Positions 30,201 to 41,907 of a DNA stretch of 64,000 nt are shown here, piece by piece (the first letter of the stretch is position 1; every line of letters starts with the position of its first letter). The position numbers and the translations under genes are program-made. Origin of the DNA: Auanema rhodensis (Eukaryota > Animalia > Nematoda). The stretch lies in contig OZ059899.1 of the NCBI GenBank assembly GCA_964057225.1, positions 12,586,001 through 12,650,000 of the forward strand, read 5' to 3'. The notes under the pieces were generated by a model, which was not told the DNA's origin, searched no databases, and worked only from the letters and a program-made list of their open reading frames with translations.

Positions 30201-30622
30201 ACACAACAACCATCTACTGATGATAGTGCAGAAAGAATTGTAAATGAGATTGAAGCTAATCTCGTAAAAGGTAAAGATATTTGAAACCAAAGAAATCAAA
30301 AAATCATTATACTTCCAGAACCACGTGGACCTCCATCTGCCATTCCTCCAGCCGGCCCAGTCGGTCGAGCTCCAGGTATGGCACCTCCAGGAGAGCAGCC
30401 ACCAAACGACAACATCGTCAATGAATTAAACAGTGCAGACGATTTCATGGCGGTAAGCTACTTTTTCGGTAAATGTATCATCTGGAAAACATATTTCAGG
30501 TAGCTCGACGTTTACGTCTGTTCCGACGTAAGGTGTCTCAACGCCGCAGAAGACGAATGGCCGAATACAATCGTGTTGATAACACAGTTATCTCATCACT
30601 TTATCAGCTCTTCTCATTCTAA
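27271..30622 (+). CDS. Secreted Ser/Thr-rich mucin-like protein with basic clusters, multi-exon
   Basis: TTTACAG|AATG start and signal peptide MRRLILLCLLYILVQA. Exons include the ORFs 27575-28168 and 29330-30151 (about 250 aa rich in Thr/Pro), Pro-rich exons, and a last exon VARRLRLFRRKVSQRRRRRMAEYNRVDNTVISSLYQLFSF*. No recognisable folded domain; some middle exons are uncertain. Confidence 0.75.
29591..29905 (+). repeat. Coding tandem repeats: 12-nt (PTTL)n, then a 45-nt unit (TTQIPTTTTTMPTTT)
   Basis: ccaacWactctK repeats about 7 times from 29591. acaacgcagattcctacaac recurs at about 29750, 29795, 29840 and 29885, a period of 45. Confidence 0.85.
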
Positions 30623-32627
30623 TGTACTAGACGAACTGATCATTCATTATTCTAACGACAACAAACAAGAAGCACTAAAGATGTCTCCAGATGTACAAAA
30701 TTCTTTAGATATTAGATGGATTTCTAATATTTTCACTTCTCCTCATACAACAAAAATCTGCCATTCTGATTGCCTTATATATTCAAAACACATTATTCCA
30801 TATCATCTCTCTATTGAATTTTCAAACAAACTACGGGTTTTGATCATATATACATTGATTTATGTGTTGAATTAATTAATCTAATTTGAAAATACTAATA
30901 CAAATTATTTTGTTTTTAATTCTAATACTCTTCTGAAAATCCAAGAAAACGCCTCATTCCAATGAACATAATGTTTTTTCTTACTTCTATGTAATTTTCA
31001 ATGTCATATATTACAATTAATAATAAGATTTAATCTATAATCAACATATGAATTATACAAAAAAATACAAATGAATACAATTGGAAGTAATGAAAAGGCA
31101 AATCAGTTAGTTCAAGACAATTGGTATGAAAAACAAATTAATTCTAAATCCCACTTATGAGCATTGGTATTGTTCTTGAAATTGTCTGAGCAGCTATTTC
31201 AAGAAGAATTGCCTTTGATGACATATAAATAAGCAAAAGAAAATGGCTTTGTTATGATATTTTTGAATAAAAAGAAAAAAATATATTAATATTATTCAAA
31301 TTATACGTGTACGTGACGTATGTATATGTAGAGATGGGAGAAGTGGGAATTTTATGCATGATCAACCGTTTGTTGCGTACTATTTGCACGAAATGAACGG
31401 TGACAGGCCACGTGAATCTCACGTGAAAAGCCAATATAACCTAATTTCGAAAAGAATATAATGTAGAGAGACTTATTAAACACATTTGACCTGTTATTAA
31501 AAATTGCAGAAGACAATGATATCTTCTTTTGACTAGTAAATATTTCTCAAAGCAAATCCACTACATAATAATATAATTAGAAAACAAATGAACTAATTAA
31601 ATACATAATATAAATATATACACATATATATATATATATCTATATATATGTATATATTTATAAATAGAAAGTTTTCACAGAGATCAATAATTTGGTTAAC
31701 GTTTTTGTGTGAAGAAGAGTAGATTTTGGTTCAAAAATCATCAATTTTGTTTCATTTATCTTGAAATAATTGAATTTATTCAATTATTTTGATGTTATGA
31801 AACATATATTGATACCTGAATTATGGAAGACTATGAAAACTATAAAGGAATAATTCCTTTCTTATACTAATAAATGAATTCGTGTATCTATGACTAATAT
31901 CTTGATGTTTCAATAGAAGTCATCCAATTTTTTCTAAATTTTCGCAGCATATTGCAACCTGAAAGCAGCTTAGTTGAAATATTTCATAAAGCAATGTAGG
32001 AAACTCACTTCATTAGACACTTATAATGTTAAAGTCCTTTAATGATTTTACTGAAAATAGATAACAGTTAAAAGTATAATGGAGAGTTCAATCATTTGGT
32101 TTAGAAGGGCTAGGTTATGTCTATATTCTCTTGTTGATTTGAGACCCAATGGCATCTTAGTATCATATAATCTATTAATATTTCTAAAAATGTATTGTCT
32201 TTCTAATCTTTTCCACGACGTTTCATTGTGAATAACCACTTTCTTTTCCTAAAATATTGCAGATTTCTTAAACAGAAATCTGTTTTTCCCAATTCCCGTA
32301 CAGCAAACTTCAAACAGGCACATAGCGAAGGGATTTGATGAGTGATCAAAGTGGTGAAAGGTAAATTTTAAAGCCATGAAATAGATTCTGGAGGGTAATA
32401 ACACTTCAACTGCTTTGTGAAATATTGTTTTGTGATCTAAGCAGCATATATTGCTTGTCAGCCATATCGAATACATACAATTTGCAATACATTATGTATT
32501 TAAGTGCTTGAGACGAACTTAGAAAATCATAAATTCATCTGTGAAAATTCAATGCTTATGGTTATTTTGTCGTGATTTTGGGGAAGGAAAGATGATTTAA
32601 AAAATCTTGGCGGAACTCTGAACAAAC

Positions 32628-35600
32628 CTATAAGTTGTTGTTGGCGCTGTAGATAGCTGGGCTTGCTTGGGCGGTACGGCGAATACTGGGAGTACGTCGC
32701 CAGAGGGAGGAGTCGCGGCTCGTGCGCGATTGCGATTCAGGATCTCCGCGAGGGACCGACCCGCCTCGGAACTCGATTTCGTACTGAAACAAGACATGCA
32801 TGAATTATTTGTTGAAAAGAAAACTATGAAATTGCAGAATATGTGGATATTGGTTTGATCGAGGGACATCATCTAACTCATACACCAACAAGGACATAAG
32901 CACAGCTAAGCTGATGTACGAACAAGATGAGACACAGAAAACAATAATACTGATTGACGTGGAAAAACATGTATGTCAAAGGGATTTTCACAAATTTCAA
33001 GAGTCTACGGTGCTTCAGAGGAAGATGTGCTGATGGAATTGAACATTCACGATCACGGAGCTATCAAAAACAATACACAGGCAAATGATCCAATGATCTA
33101 ATCAACTTGCTATATCAGCATTTTCACAAAAAAACGTCAAAATTACGAAGTATATCAAACTATATAATCTAAGAAATTTGTGTTGAAAATTGAAAATTAT
33201 TGTGAAAATAAGTTGAAATTGTATTAAAATTACTCAATAATCTAAATATTTGTGGAAAACTATGGCTGACTGTGCAGACTAAACACGAGAGTGATTCGAA
33301 AATCACGCAAAGAAACTTACATTTCGACCTTATCAAACTGAAAACAATTAAAACATGGAATATATTAGTATACAAGATATAAATAACATTTAAGATTAAT
33401 AAATTAATTTTTTTTAGAATTACATATATGGCTGACAAATTGGCTTACCTTTGTGGCGCACACGAATGATGCTGTGACAAGTTTTGCTATTTCATTCATG
33501 AGATTTTTAGTTTCTTGAATTACAGAATCAACCTGAAAATTGAAAAAAGTTCCTCAAAATACTTATGAGCTTCGAGAAGCGTGCTATGATTTGCTACGAA
33601 CCTTTCCAAACGTTGCCGTCTTTCCTACGGTAGGACTCTTCACCATTACTTGCAGCTGCTGGCAATGAACGGGAATCCGTTCTAAAATTGCTGATAGCTC
33701 ACTCTTTTCAGCTGATCCCGGAACCTGAAAGCATTTTAACGATGAAATTTGAGCATTTTTTTCTTTCAAAGTACCTCATAACTGAATTCTCGAACAGTTT
33801 TATACATTTTATTTGCTTGTTCGGCAAAGAACTCAGCTTGTGTAAAGAGATCATGTGTCGTTTTGAGAGGTCCATCCCCTCGGGTGAACAGATACATGTT
33901 ATAGGCCATTGAAGACATTGCCTTAATCATACACATAGTTAGAAATATACAAATTAGAGTAAATAAGAACCTTAGCTCGTTTCACTATATCGTTTTCAGC
34001 ATATTCATCCCATTTCTCAGCTTCAGCATCTACTTCCGATGTCAATAACTTCATCTCCAGTCCGACTTTAGCCATCTTCTGCTGGTCCTAAGAAATTAAT
34101 TATTAATAAAAAGCTCTTAGTTTAGAAAAAATGCTTATGTCAAGAAGATATGGCCGTATCGTCTCAGAATTGACAACAAAAAAGTAAAAAGAAGTATCAA
34201 ATACGAACCTCAACATCTAAGGTGATTGGCTTTGATGGTTTATGAGTCGTGCCATGTTTCTGAAACAAGTAAACTTTGATTTTCTGGTTCTGCAAGTTGA
34301 TTGTTTGTTTCAAAGCTAAGGTTTTTATGTTTCTCAACGAAACGATGAAGGATTAACTCAAAGTCATCACAAAAGCCATGCAACATGTCAAACACACTCT
34401 AACTCAAATAGTAATCATGCAATTCAATAAATTTATTAAAATTATAAAAAATTATTATAAGCAGTATAGTTGGAAAGATGAAGAAGCACCAATATATAGT
34501 TAATACTATTAGGGAAAGGCAAAATCCTTTGGCAAAATGCTTGAAATGCTCTGTGAAAATGTATAAAAACTGATAAACACTACAACATCACAATCCAAAT
34601 CTTGATAATTCACAACAAACTCAGCACCAAATTATAAGAGAAAACTAAGAATTAGGATGGAAATCATTGTACACATGCTGTACAGAGGTTAATATGACGT
34701 AAGGTACAGTACCTAAAGAGGAAAATAATGATTTTGTATGAGAAGAGCACAAAACAACAGAAAAAATGCAAAGGGAAGATTTTCTTTGAAGTGTCGTTTA
34801 GTTGTTATTTTCATGTCAAACACACCATTTCAATTATAAAAACACAGCATAAACACAAGATTACATCACTACACATCAAGCTCATGCTTCAAATCATCTT
34901 TAATTCATGGTAATACGTTGTAAATCATCAAGTATCAAGCTGATTCTGTACTCAAATTGTCTTTTCTCATCGCTATTGGTTGTTGAACATATGCTGAGCT
35001 CATCGCCAGCTTGCTGCATGACATTGGCGCCAGCTGGCGCCAACACATTACCATTGTTACCATTTGTTAACAAACGTTCTTGAGATGAAATATATCGATG
35101 AGTAGAACCAGCTGGAGACTGACGATAATTGCCGTTTTCACAAATGGGATGAGTACGATGATTTGAAACATGCGAATTTAAGCTAGGATTCAATGGGTTT
35201 GGCTCGACGTCATCCAGTTGACTCAAACTGCAACTGCTGGCAGTGCTATCACCGTCGCCGTAAAGCGTTGTTGTACGGGTCTGAGACTCAAAACTACGAG
35301 CAAATGGAAGCTTTGAACTTCCGCGCGATGGAGTTGTTGTCGTGCGAGGTGCTCTCATTGCAAGCCCCCCATTAGTCCCTAACGCTACGGACGATGAAGC
35401 ACTGCTGCAGCTACTCGTTTTCCGAGGGGACGTCATGCCTGATGATGTCATAGTGCTCACCCCTGGTCGTGGAAGTGACATGTAAGCCTGCTTCTCAGCC
35501 GCCATACGTCCATTTAGAGCTGCATCGGCGTCTTTCGATAATCTGGACAAATCATTAATCTGAAAAAAGAAATAAGTAAGAAGGCTTAAAATTGATGAAG

Positions 35601-38600
35601 CAGTGAAAAGAAGCAACAAGCACAAGCACATACACATTGTCCCCAAGTATCGCAAAAAACTTCCAAATTTTCTCGGGCAATTCTACTAGATGGATGAACA
35701 CATAAAGACCTTCCAGCTAATAAAGTCTAAAAAGATTTGAAGTTTGAACAAAGATTGCGATGTAAGTTTTCTAACCAATGGAGCAAGATGGCGCATATTC
35801 CGTTCGCAATGCCCTGTCATGACATGTAAAGAATCCGTGATCGAAATATGATGCAACAGACGGCTAACCTAAATTTAAATTATTAAAAACATGAAAATTA
35901 AAGTTTAGTTCAACCTCTTGCATATGTTCAGCATGTTCTCGGAACTTGTCTAAATACTTTTCTACACCATCTATGTCACCAGATACAGCACAAGCTTTTA
36001 CAGAAGACATGAGTACTTGATCTTCGTTGCTTCGTAAGACTTCAGCAAGCTGATCCATAGCTACAATTTGTAACTGCTTAGACAAATCCTTGAGCCGACG
36101 GTTTAATCGTTCCACAGTTACATCTAATCCATCAGTACGTAAAGCATCGGAGCTATCCTAAAGCCACATCAGGTTAACTAAATCTTTCCAAATGTAGCTA
36201 AATACCTCTGGTTGAATCAAGTTAGTCATCTCGAAGCGACATTCTTCCAAAAAATCAAGAACTTGTTCTCGGTGATGATGTGGTGTATATGCCGAATCAG
36301 TGAAATCTTGAGTCATCTCACATAAAGCATCAAGAGCTGATATGAGCCGCTCTCGAACACCAACACCAACACGGGATGTCATGCGGACCATTTCTAACAT
36401 TTCCTAAAAAATTACAAAATTCAGTAACTGAATCACTAATCGGCTAAGCTGTACCGTTAGCTGGCGAGTGGCTGCCGAGGCAGTCAGTTGAATTCCAATA
36501 TCTAAAGGCTCATCACTAGTTGATTGAGCATATCTAGCTGATTCCATGGGAAATACTCCGTCGCATACGCAGATACTGATTAACTGAAGTGCTATCCGAA
36601 TCTGATCGAAAACACCGTCACGGCACTGAGAAGCAGAATCAAGATCCGGGTGGCGTAGCAATGTTTTTGATGATGTCAGAAGAAGCATGGTCAATCGCTC
36701 GAGTAAAGTACGTGCAACAGCCATTTGCGCTCGCCTTTTCTCACTTTTCAAATCATGTTGTCTACAAAATGATGATTTAGATGATATTTATTCCCTTTTC
36801 AACTACTCGTACCTATCTCCAGATCTGTGAGCTAAATCCACCATTTCACCTCCAAATTCGGCAAATATTTTGACGAATTCTGTGAAGTTGCGTGTGGCCT
36901 CTAATCGGTTCAAAGAGTATGCAACCTGAACAGAAGTGCACTATGATTTTTAAACTGAATGTTTGGTCTTTTTAGTTTAAAAAATCAACAAAAGAGTTCA
37001 CGTTTTTCGTCATAAGTCAGGAAACTCCCTAGCAACATGACGAAAGTAACTTGAAATCAGTATCGTCAAGGTTACAACACAAACATATGTATATACATAT
37101 TTGAGAAGAAGAAAAAAATTAATGCTCTAATTGATTTCAAGCGTTGAAAGACATTTTCTTCCCAGATATCTCCATAAATATGTATATGAATCAACATACT
37201 TTGTTTGGCAATACATATGTTTAGATAAGTTAGATTTACATTTGTGAATGCTATTTCGTCGTACAAGGAATTATTTCTCACCTTATCTTCAGCTCGAAGA
37301 ATTTGCTTAACCAACACTCGATCAGCCAAAAGCAAGACCCGTGTGACTGAACTGAGAAGTTGGCGACTAGCCCGTACTAGTACGGCTTTGTCCAAAAGAG
37401 GAGCATCGTCAGTTGACGAGCAACAGGAAAGATTCGCTATGGAAGAGCCTGGAAAAACATAGATTAATAAAAACGAAATGGCATTTGGTATTCTGAAGGA
37501 AATAATCTCATGGACCGCCAGTTGGGGCTCTTTTAAAATGAAAAAGACGCCAAAACATGGGCCAGTAGGATTGTGCGTGAAAATTAGAATAATGATATAC
37601 AAAGTACGCAAACAAGCATCCCGATATCATATTGCCATACTATGTATAGTGGAGCCAATATTTGTGGAAAAAATTAGTTATTTTTGAAGAATATTTCAAA
37701 TGTGTTGCCCCTTTTCTTCAAAATTATAAATGTTTTTCATGGTATAATTGCTAAACGAATAATATGCTTTTATTTCCCATCCATTGCATCTTGAACAGAA
37801 AGTGCATTCGACTTCTCTTCGAATCGTTATTGCACAAAACTAAGGTGTGGGAGATATATAATGCGAGAAAGTGGAAAATCAGTGGAGGTTGTTCAGAACG
37901 GCAGAGAAGATAAAGAGTTTAGGATATTAGAAGAAGCATAGGACCCGGAACAGATGTAAGAATAAGAGCAGTAGATAAAATCTCTGAAGAGATTGCAGGA
38001 GAGTGCTCAAAGAAGAGGGATGGATAATAGATATATGCTCTCAGCTGACACCTGATGTATGTAGATATGCAAGATGGCCAACGAGATTTCATTCAGCTAG
38101 CCAATAGGTGGTGGATATAGGAGTTAAGATTAAAGAGAGTCAGTAAGTGATAGAGATATATAGCAAACGATAGTCGAGATGATATGCCATCCTCGACTCT
38201 GCTTTCAGTTTTACACCAAAGCCAGGAAGCACAAGATGACGATAACCTTTTTGTCATCTCATCATCCATCTCTGAGTAACTTGTGCTGATACTTAACAAC
38301 CTTTATTGCTCACTTCATTATCGTTTATCTCCCTCCCTTCCTCTCTCGTTTCCCCTCTCTCTTTCTCACGTATATCTAAAACTTCCTTAGTATCTATTAT
38401 AGATGGATGAATTTCTTAGTTTGAAGCTCTTCATCTAACATCTAAGAAAGGTGACAGGTGATTAATATAGTTCGTAATGTTTTTATATGACCATAAATAT
38501 TTCATTGAATACTGGCAAAGCAATATTTGCAAACCCCCGCACTAGTCTTCCATCCTTTCTCAAGTTCCAGATAGATCATAAGCTTCATAACAATTTTGTT

Positions 38601-41600
38601 TCCATCCTATAGTCTTTTTCAATTTAACTATGTAAGGAAAACAACTAAATGAGGTCGTTTGAGTTCAATTTTACTCAAATCGATCCTCACATAACTCATG
38701 GTAAAAGGCACAGTAGACAGATGGGCTGAATCGACGATCATGCTTCTGAATTCAGCTATAGAAGATCTCCAATTACGTCTTGCTAAGGAGATAGAGGGAA
38801 AAAGAGGGAAGATGAAGAAAACGAAAGATACTTGTCTCTTGTCTAGATCCATAAACGGAAGAGCAAACAATGAAAAACTAACCAGCTAGTCTGGCCTCAT
38901 GGCATGCGTCGAACATTTCCGGCTGAATATCCGGATTCTCATCGGCTATCGTCTCTCCTACTGCTACAAATCGCTCTATAGCTGCCTCAACAGCACTTCC
39001 AACCTGAATAGAGGCAACGATTAAAAGTTTTTTTTGGTCAAAGGATCAATGTGTCTTACCTTGAGAGCTGCTCGAATTGCCCGTTCTGACTTAGGCCGTC
39101 CATTGTGCAGATAGCTCTCTTTGAAGTTAACTAACGTAGTGATCTGTAATTCACGACCTAGAGTACGCCAATTTATATCTGGCTCTTTGGAAGCAGTAAC
39201 ATTCGCTAAAGCCATAAGAAGCCTTCCCGAATCACCAGGAACGGCTGATTCGGATATTGTGATGGACTGAGGACCAGTAGATGGTAGGCAACAATTCATC
39301 TTTGTATCAGGTGAAGATAGACGTAAAGCCCACGATGATCTAGATTGTGTTAGACCACGGCTATTATGATTCATCATGTTGACCGGCTCTACGCTGCGCC
39401 TCGAAGACACAATATCATATATACTTCGAGGTGAATGATAGCAGTGCGTTAAGTGACCAGTAGCAAGCATATGATTTTGAGCTGGAGAAATAGATTGACG
39501 GCCGTAAAAGGCAGGAATACTAGTCGACCGTTGACGTCGCGCAAAGCTGTATCGACTAGTACCAGAACTATGAGAACTTGCAATGGGCGATATGGAAGCT
39601 GAGCCCACAGAATTCATCCAAAACGTTAAAAGTTTCTGCGGGAATATGGAAATGAGAGCTAAATAAGAGAAGCTGTTATAGGAGGAATAAAAAAATAAAA
39701 GCCAAAGAGAGAAAAAAACGATTTAAGAAACCGACAAGATGTTAGAAGGGTGGGAAACACCAATATGTATGACAAGACAATGGCTCGGACACACTGTGTG
39801 CTGCTCATTAGGTATTCTACGGGATTTAAAAGACACAAGTGTCCGATTTAAAGAGTCTGACGACAACATAGTATGTAGTATTTGCGAACGATTTTCAAAA
39901 AAAAAACTTTTGTTTCTTCATTTTCTCTGCATTTCCTGAATTACACAACATATTGATGTTAAAAAAGACTGAAAGAGGCTCAAAAAAGTAAGAATAGCCG
40001 GAACGAAATTGGAAGTACGGATAATTGGAGAGACAATATCGAAGAAATGCTGAATTAAATGAAAATTATGGAAATAGATGTATGATGAGTGTCGAGTAGG
40101 GCAGAAGGAGAAGGAATAGCAAAACTTAAGACTAATAATAAATGGAAAGGTGAGACGGCAATGCAGAGGCAGCTTAAGGATATAAAATGAAAAAAAGCTT
40201 TCAACTCGCATATGCGCCTCAAACTTTTGATAAAAAAGGCTTATAACGATAATGAAAAACTTGTCAAAGATGTTAGTTAGCATCTCATCAACGAAAGCTA
40301 TCATCTTTTGGCAAAAATATATAGGAAAATACGACAATATTATAATATTTGTTCCGTTAATACACATGCACACATGCAGAGCCTATATAAGGCTTCGCTA
40401 GCAACAAAATATGAAGGGAACTGCCAGCTTCTTAAAGATCGGGAAGGTAAATGTTGATGGCTCAAACACGCCCCTCGTATTCTTCCCCTTTTGTGCCTGC
40501 CTCCCTTTCACTATAATAGCCTATTTAACATAGTTTGATGACAAATATGGGTATAGGTCGTGGCAGAATTTTGAAGAGCAAGTTGCGTATATCTTTGATA
40601 CATTTTGGGAGCTTTTTTCAGCTATTTCGATTATTTCTAATGACATATATGTATATATGTGTATCAAGGACCTGCTCTAGAGATCAGCCACGGAAAGCGG
40701 CGACATCCGGGGCAACGAGGTAGAGCCATTTTCCAAGAGCATAACAGGACATGTGTGTGATGCTCAACTACAACATACGAATCACAAGATGAGGATGCAT
40801 GATGGTTTCTGGATTTCGTGTTGATTGAACTCTGTTTTTCTTGAAATTTGCTATGTAAGGAAATTCTTGAATTTGGAAGTAGAGCCCTTGCAAATAAGAT
40901 CAGAAACTGTTTTTTCCTATGGTTGTCTGCTATGCACTCTGAAGGCTCGAATGAAAAGAAATCCACAAATGGATATTTTTTTCAGTTAAAGATAGTCTTG
41001 GAGCTTAAAAACCCAATGTCAATACTCGTACTCATAGAAGTCGAGAAAGGGCCCACGGCAACTGCTCTTCATTGCCAGTGTCAAGCAATCAGACGGGGCT
41101 GTTCATATCACTCGATAGATAGAGGTAAAACAGAAGAAAAGACACGAAGAAAAGAGTGGGAAGCGAAATTCGAGAACAACTTTGCAATCCTGAAGACTGT
41201 TACGTACATATATCATGATTTTAAACTATAAAAAAGAAATAAAACAAACATGAAGTTCATAAACTACGGATATAAGTTGATAAATGAGAAGCGTTGGTGG
41301 TGAAAATACGAACACTTTTCACCAAAACTATAACGGAATTCCAATGCTTCCGTGTAGTGCAGCAAACATGACCACAAACCCAGGATTTGGCTAGTCTTTG
41401 TCGGAACATTGCTTTTCATTGGCTAATTAAGACAGACAAAAGCTGGCTAGATGATGTTGCTCAGCTGAGCATCAGTTCATCCACATATGGGGCGAATTTG
41501 TATGAATGCTTTTTGGAAATGGAGCATCTAGGGAACGATGTATATTTCCGTCAGTTAAACAATTATTTTTTCTTATTCATCTATAAATTGGTCTTAAAAC

Positions 41601-41907
41601 TAAAGCGGAAAATCCATTTGTAGTTAACAATATGAGTGCTACTAGCGATGTTGCTGCTTCAGACATTGGCCAAAACATAATCTAATAAGCTAAGTTTGTC
41701 TTTCAATCATGTCAACTTACTTAGAAGTCAACAAAGTAAAAAGCAATTGCAGAAAAAGGAAGAATTCAAATTAGACCATACCTGAGAAACTAAGGGAATA
41801 AGAGTCCGTTCTATCGAATTGGTTTTAATTTCCAGATTGCGAGCATCGAAGCCTAATGAGGTACTAGGCGGACCAGTGGAGTCACTTATATAACCCGATA
41901 TGGACAT
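32628..41907 (-). CDS. ctn-1: Alpha-catulin (vinculin/alpha-catenin family)
   Basis: Exon 41782-41907 MSISG...LEIKTNSIERTLIPLVSQ; 39060-39143 ITTLVNFKE...RAALK; then VGSAVEAAIERFVAVGETIADENPDI, LVRASRQLLSSVTRVLLLADRVLVKQ, QDFTDSAYTPHHHRE, LLTSEVDAEAEKWDEYAENDIVKRAK, AMSSMAYNMYLFTRGDGPLKTTHDLFTQAE and VDSVIQETKNLMNEIAKLVTASFVCATK. Last exon YEIEFRGG...NNNL* (TAG 32630-32628). Confidence 0.93.
34900..35460 (-). CDS. ctn-1: Alternative C-terminal read-through extension of ctn-1 (186 aa)
   Basis: The frame stays open past the donor GGG|GTGAGC (35461/35460) as VSTMTSSG...RISLILDDLQRITMN*. Composition is coding-like, and a minus-strand AATAAA lies near 34435. Confidence 0.7.
   Translation of the reverse strand: MSTMTSSGMTSPRKTSSCSSASSSVALGTNGGLAMRAPRTTTTPSRGSSKLPFARSFESQTRTTTLYGDGDSTASSCSLSQLDDVEPNPLNPSLNSHVSNHRTHPICENGNYRQSPAGSTHRYISSQERLLTNGNNGNVLAPAGANVMQQAGDELSICSTTNSDEKRQFEYRISLILDDLQRITMN
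39060..39617 (-). CDS. ctn-1: Alternative first coding exon of ctn-1 (158-aa Ser-rich extension fused to exon 2)
   Basis: The ORF MNSVGSASISP... runs in frame through the internal acceptor TTACAG|ATC (39143) into ITTLVNFKE. A CCCGCAG acceptor lies about 20 nt before its ATG. Confidence 0.7.
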
